A DNA stretch of 64,000 bases from Pseudogracilibacillus sp. (lineage in GTDB: Bacteria; Bacillota; Bacilli; Bacillales; Amphibacillaceae), in contig JAPFCO010000118.1 of NCBI GenBank assembly GCA_026169505.1, forward strand, positions 1,468 to 65,467. The letters run 5' to 3'. The translations under genes were made by a program, and so were the position numbers. How positions within the stretch are numbered: position 1 is the first letter of the stretch; each line of letters opens with the position of its first letter. Under the pieces are notes generated by a model. The model did not search any database. It saw nothing but the letters and a program-made list of their open reading frames with translations, and was not told the origin of the DNA. This document shows positions 60,923 to 64,000 of the stretch, piece after piece.

Positions 60923-62335
60923 TTATTTCGCTTTCCCTAATACATCCCATTTCATTTTATTAATTACCCTTTTTATTAACGATGGTCTCATTACATTATG
61001 ATACTCCTGTATTAAAGGTGCCATATAATCCTTAAACAAATTAAAATCATGATCTTTTTCAGCCTGCTTATATGCCTTAAAGCTCTCTTGAGATAAAACC
61101 ATTCTTTTTTCGTATATACTTTTTCTCTTTTTATCTAATTTGTCACTTGGCTCTACTCTTTTATTTGGACGCCACTTATCTTCAATATCCATAATATGCA
61201 GTCTATGTGATAGCCCTTCTCTTCTATGACGAAATCCGCCTGCTTGTGAATCATATACTTTTTCTGGAGTTAGTTCTTCTAAATGGATGTTTTCTCTTTG
61301 TATATTTTCCTCAATTATTTTTAATAGTTCAGGATGTCTAACTGTAATGATATTTGTACCTAAATAATCAGTCTTATATTCTGGTAACCAAGCATCTCCT
61401 ACCGTGATATCAGCGGTTTCCGCTAGTACATCATCACAAAATTCACATGCATTATATTTAAAATATCCCTGCCCCCAGTTGGTTGTAAATAGGTCCTTGG
61501 TAGGCGAATCTATCATTACTTCATTATCCCCAATTAATCCTTCTACTTCCACTCCATAATCATTTGCAGCACGATTAGGTAGTTTTTTTCGAAAATTAAT
61601 ATTAGTTAGGTTTTCAGGTTCTATTCCAAGTTGCCAACCAATTGACTTTGCAAACATATCGCTCTTTAAATGCCCACAAACTAATCCAATAAAGAATTTT
61701 ATTCTTTCATTAATTAATTTGTCCTGACTTGCTAGTAGACGAACAGACTTAATAAAACATGGTATCCCAATTAAGGCATATTTGCCTTCATTTTCTCTTA
61801 CTAGCTCCAGTACTTTAGATAGTTCAATTGGATAATATTTTGATTTTGCACCTTCAGATAATTCGTCTAATGTATTGGAGATTTGATATTCAAATAAGAC
61901 ATTGCTTTTGTCACTTTTTGCGTCTTTCACATGAATTATTCCATCAACCAACTTTTTTTCTAATAGTTGTGCAGCTATCCAATTTCCCATCCCACCAGAG
62001 GATCCCTTTTCACGGAAAGTATCTTCTTTTACATAACCGGCATAGTTTTTCAGGTAGTAACCTGTATGCTTATTAAATTCAGCATCGTCAGAATTAAATT
62101 GTTCTTTTCCAATTTCAGTTTCATTTTTACTCTCATTTGAAAATGGACAAACTGAAGCAATATTAATATTTGTTTGTTCAACATTATCATTATCTACAAG
62201 TATCGGCCTATACATCCCGTCTTTGTTTAATTCCATCGTGAATGGGGAGTTAGCAACACTAGAACAGACACCACACCCTATGCAATAATCATTTTCTATT
62301 ACGGTCCCCAATAATACGTTTAATTTATTATCCAA
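60923..62335 (-). CDS. FrhB/F420-hydrogenase beta-subunit-like Fe-S flavoprotein of a polysaccharide locus
   Basis: CIGCGVC...CP ferredoxin motif; SSGG, SKY, GIPC, GLVC, C..C.D, DITVGDAW. Confidence 0.85.
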   Translation of the reverse strand: MDNKLNVLLGTVIENDYCIGCGVCSSVANSPFTMELNKDGMYRPILVDNDNVEQTNINIASVCPFSNESKNETEIGKEQFNSDDAEFNKHTGYYLKNYAGYVKEDTFREKGSSGGMGNWIAAQLLEKKLVDGIIHVKDAKSDKSNVLFEYQISNTLDELSEGAKSKYYPIELSKVLELVRENEGKYALIGIPCFIKSVRLLASQDKLINERIKFFIGLVCGHLKSDMFAKSIGWQLGIEPENLTNINFRKKLPNRAANDYGVEVEGLIGDNEVMIDSPTKDLFTTNWGQGYFKYNACEFCDDVLAETADITVGDAWLPEYKTDYLGTNIITVRHPELLKIIEENIQRENIHLEELTPEKVYDSQAGGFRHRREGLSHRLHIMDIEDKWRPNKRVEPSDKLDKKRKSIYEKRMVLSQESFKAYKQAEKDHDFNLFKDYMAPLIQEYHNVMRPSLIKRVINKMKWDVLGKAK

Positions 62336-62380
62336 TCAACCCACGTCCCATACTATATATTTCATTTGCTACTTAGAATA

Positions 62381-63910
62381 TTACCTCTTAACCAGTTTAG
62401 TCAAAGGCTTTATAGCTTTTGACTTAACGGAATTAAATAATGCATTTTCATATTCATTAAAACCTAATTTATATAAAATATAAATATGAGCTACTGAATA
62501 AATAGCTATTTTTAATATTAATATTCCTATACTATTCCAGGGAATAGTTATATTTAAAATAAGTCCAAATACCAAAGAAATCAATATAACTGATGTCAAT
62601 TTAACTATGTTCTTCCAAAATAGAATCATATTAATTCCAATTCGTCTAGCGTAATAGATATTCATAATTACTATATTCCCAATAAAAAGAGTAGCACCTG
62701 TAGCAAATGCCACACCTATGCCACCATAGTATTTAGCTAATGGAATCGAAATAATTACATTAGTAACAGCAATAAGAATTAAAACAATTGACCTAAAACC
62801 CTGTAAGTTTTTCGCATATAATATTGATATTCCTATGTTTTGCACCAAAGGAATTGTTAATGGGGTCATGATTATAAGGACTATATAATAAGCATTTTTA
62901 TAACTATCTCCAGCCCAGAACTCTATAAATGGTAATCCAAACAGCATAAAACCACTCAATATAAATGTAACTACTATATATTGAACTCTTCCATACTTTA
63001 TCATCATGTCTGTTAACTCTTTATTACTAGCATCTCTTGCTACCATCATAGATACCTTAGGCAGAAACAAACCACTTATGGAAGTTGAGAACTGTATATA
63101 AAGTTTGATAAATTGCATAGCAATTGCATATACTGCAACTGGAATTGTTCCTCGAATTGCTCCTAGTATTATTTGATCAGTTTGCCAGTAAATTTGATCT
63201 ACGACTACTCCTAAAAACACAAAGAATGAATACCCTATAATTTGTTTTAATAGACTTTTATCTATCCTGCCTAGATAAAACTTCACATTTAATTTTTTAA
63301 AACAATAAAATGTATTAAAAATTAAACAAGATATGTTAACCACAGTAGTAATAACCACCATAGATATTGCACCAAAACCGATATAGATGATTGGTAATAT
63401 CAAAAGTGGTGATAATACTATCCGAACTAATGAAACAATTTTATCTACAACAAAATGTTCATAAGCTCTAATTATTGAATTAAAAACAGATAATGGAAAA
63501 GAAAGTGCGAAGTTAATTATTAGAATAACAACCATTATTTTGGCTTTAGCTAATTCTGAATCAGAAAAGTTATTGCCAAATAGATTATCGACACTATTAT
63601 AGACTGCTAACCCAATAAGAATTGTTACTATCCCAATCAAAACATAAAGCATCAAAAACAAACCATTTAGCTTAGACTCAGTCTTCGTATCACCTACTGC
63701 CCTATTCCTTGCTGTAAATCTTACCATGGCATTCCCTAACCCCATATCCATCACGCTGAAATAGGCTGCTAGTGAACCTATTACAGAGTATAAACCAAAT
63801 TCAGATTGTCCGAGTATCCTAATCATAAATGGAGTATATAATAGAGCTATCAAAACAGATATAAAAATGGATAGATATGATAACAGTGCTCCTGCTCTTA
63901 ATTGACTCAA
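62381..63910 (-). CDS. wzx: Wzx-type polysaccharide flippase
   Basis: LYTP...R.LG.SEFGLY, D.GLG, many TM segments. Confidence 0.88.
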   Translation of the reverse strand: MSQLRAGALLSYLSIFISVLIALLYTPFMIRILGQSEFGLYSVIGSLAAYFSVMDMGLGNAMVRFTARNRAVGDTKTESKLNGLFLMLYVLIGIVTILIGLAVYNSVDNLFGNNFSDSELAKAKIMVVILIINFALSFPLSVFNSIIRAYEHFVVDKIVSLVRIVLSPLLILPIIYIGFGAISMVVITTVVNISCLIFNTFYCFKKLNVKFYLGRIDKSLLKQIIGYSFFVFLGVVVDQIYWQTDQIILGAIRGTIPVAVYAIAMQFIKLYIQFSTSISGLFLPKVSMMVARDASNKELTDMMIKYGRVQYIVVTFILSGFMLFGLPFIEFWAGDSYKNAYYIVLIIMTPLTIPLVQNIGISILYAKNLQGFRSIVLILIAVTNVIISIPLAKYYGGIGVAFATGATLFIGNIVIMNIYYARRIGINMILFWKNIVKLTSVILISLVFGLILNITIPWNSIGILILKIAIYSVAHIYILYKLGFNEYENALFNSVKSKAIKPLTKLVKR

Positions 63911-63962
63911 TTACTTCAACTTCTTTCTTTCAACCAAATATCCCTACCAACTTCATTTATAT

Positions 63963-64000
63963 TTATCTTAATGATTCTTCTATATATTGAAATGCCTTTC
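63963..64000 (-). CDS. C-terminal end of the upstream polysaccharide-locus gene (partial)
   Basis: ...KAFQYIEESLR* in frame from the window edge; too short to assign. Confidence 0.4.
   Translation of the reverse strand, partial: KAFQYIEESLR

Noticed and set aside
136-62076. Many short ORFs in the track that overlap longer genes (e.g. 2555-3052, 6079-6513, 11993-12388, 21432-21764, 52949-53290, 60085-60393)
   Set aside because: Antisense or alternate-frame shadows of well-supported genes, with no recognisable motifs

Overview
AT-rich window from a Bacillota genome; the gene repertoire, sigma-A promoters and CcpA cre-like sites suggest Bacillaceae (inference). Almost all genes lie on the minus strand. 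Positions 1-58.4 kb are a mosaic of catabolic modules, each with its own transporter and usually its own regulator. (1) Sugar ABC, two SDRs, IlvD/Edd dehydratase, amidase, cyclase and FadR. (2) Dpp/Opp ABC, cupin, XRE-cupin and a divergent Xaa-Pro peptidase. (3) Class II HMG-CoA reductase, HMG-CoA lyase, CoA-transferase, MaoC and TRAP. (4) CoA-transferase, Cys-less thiolase/DUF35, amino-acid ABC and GntR-UTRA. (5) A lone GC-richer alpha/beta hydrolase. (6) Amidohydrolases, a degenerate M14 deacylase, an epimerase, amino-acid ABC and IclR. (7) TctABC, split AbrB, PrpF, PrpB and GntR. The modules are separated by IS21 debris and gene scars. The right end is the tail of a polysaccharide locus (wzx, FrhB-like protein, ugd). 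The most striking unexplained signal is a ~115-140 nt nested-hairpin element present twice, 9,044 bp apart (about 70% identical by hand count, no gaps, four compensatory base-pair changes). One copy lies downstream of a near-consensus promoter whose spacer is filled by a palindrome that recurs upstream of a divergent XRE repressor, and the hairpin stem itself resembles that palindrome. No rRNA, tRNA or CRISPR array was seen.
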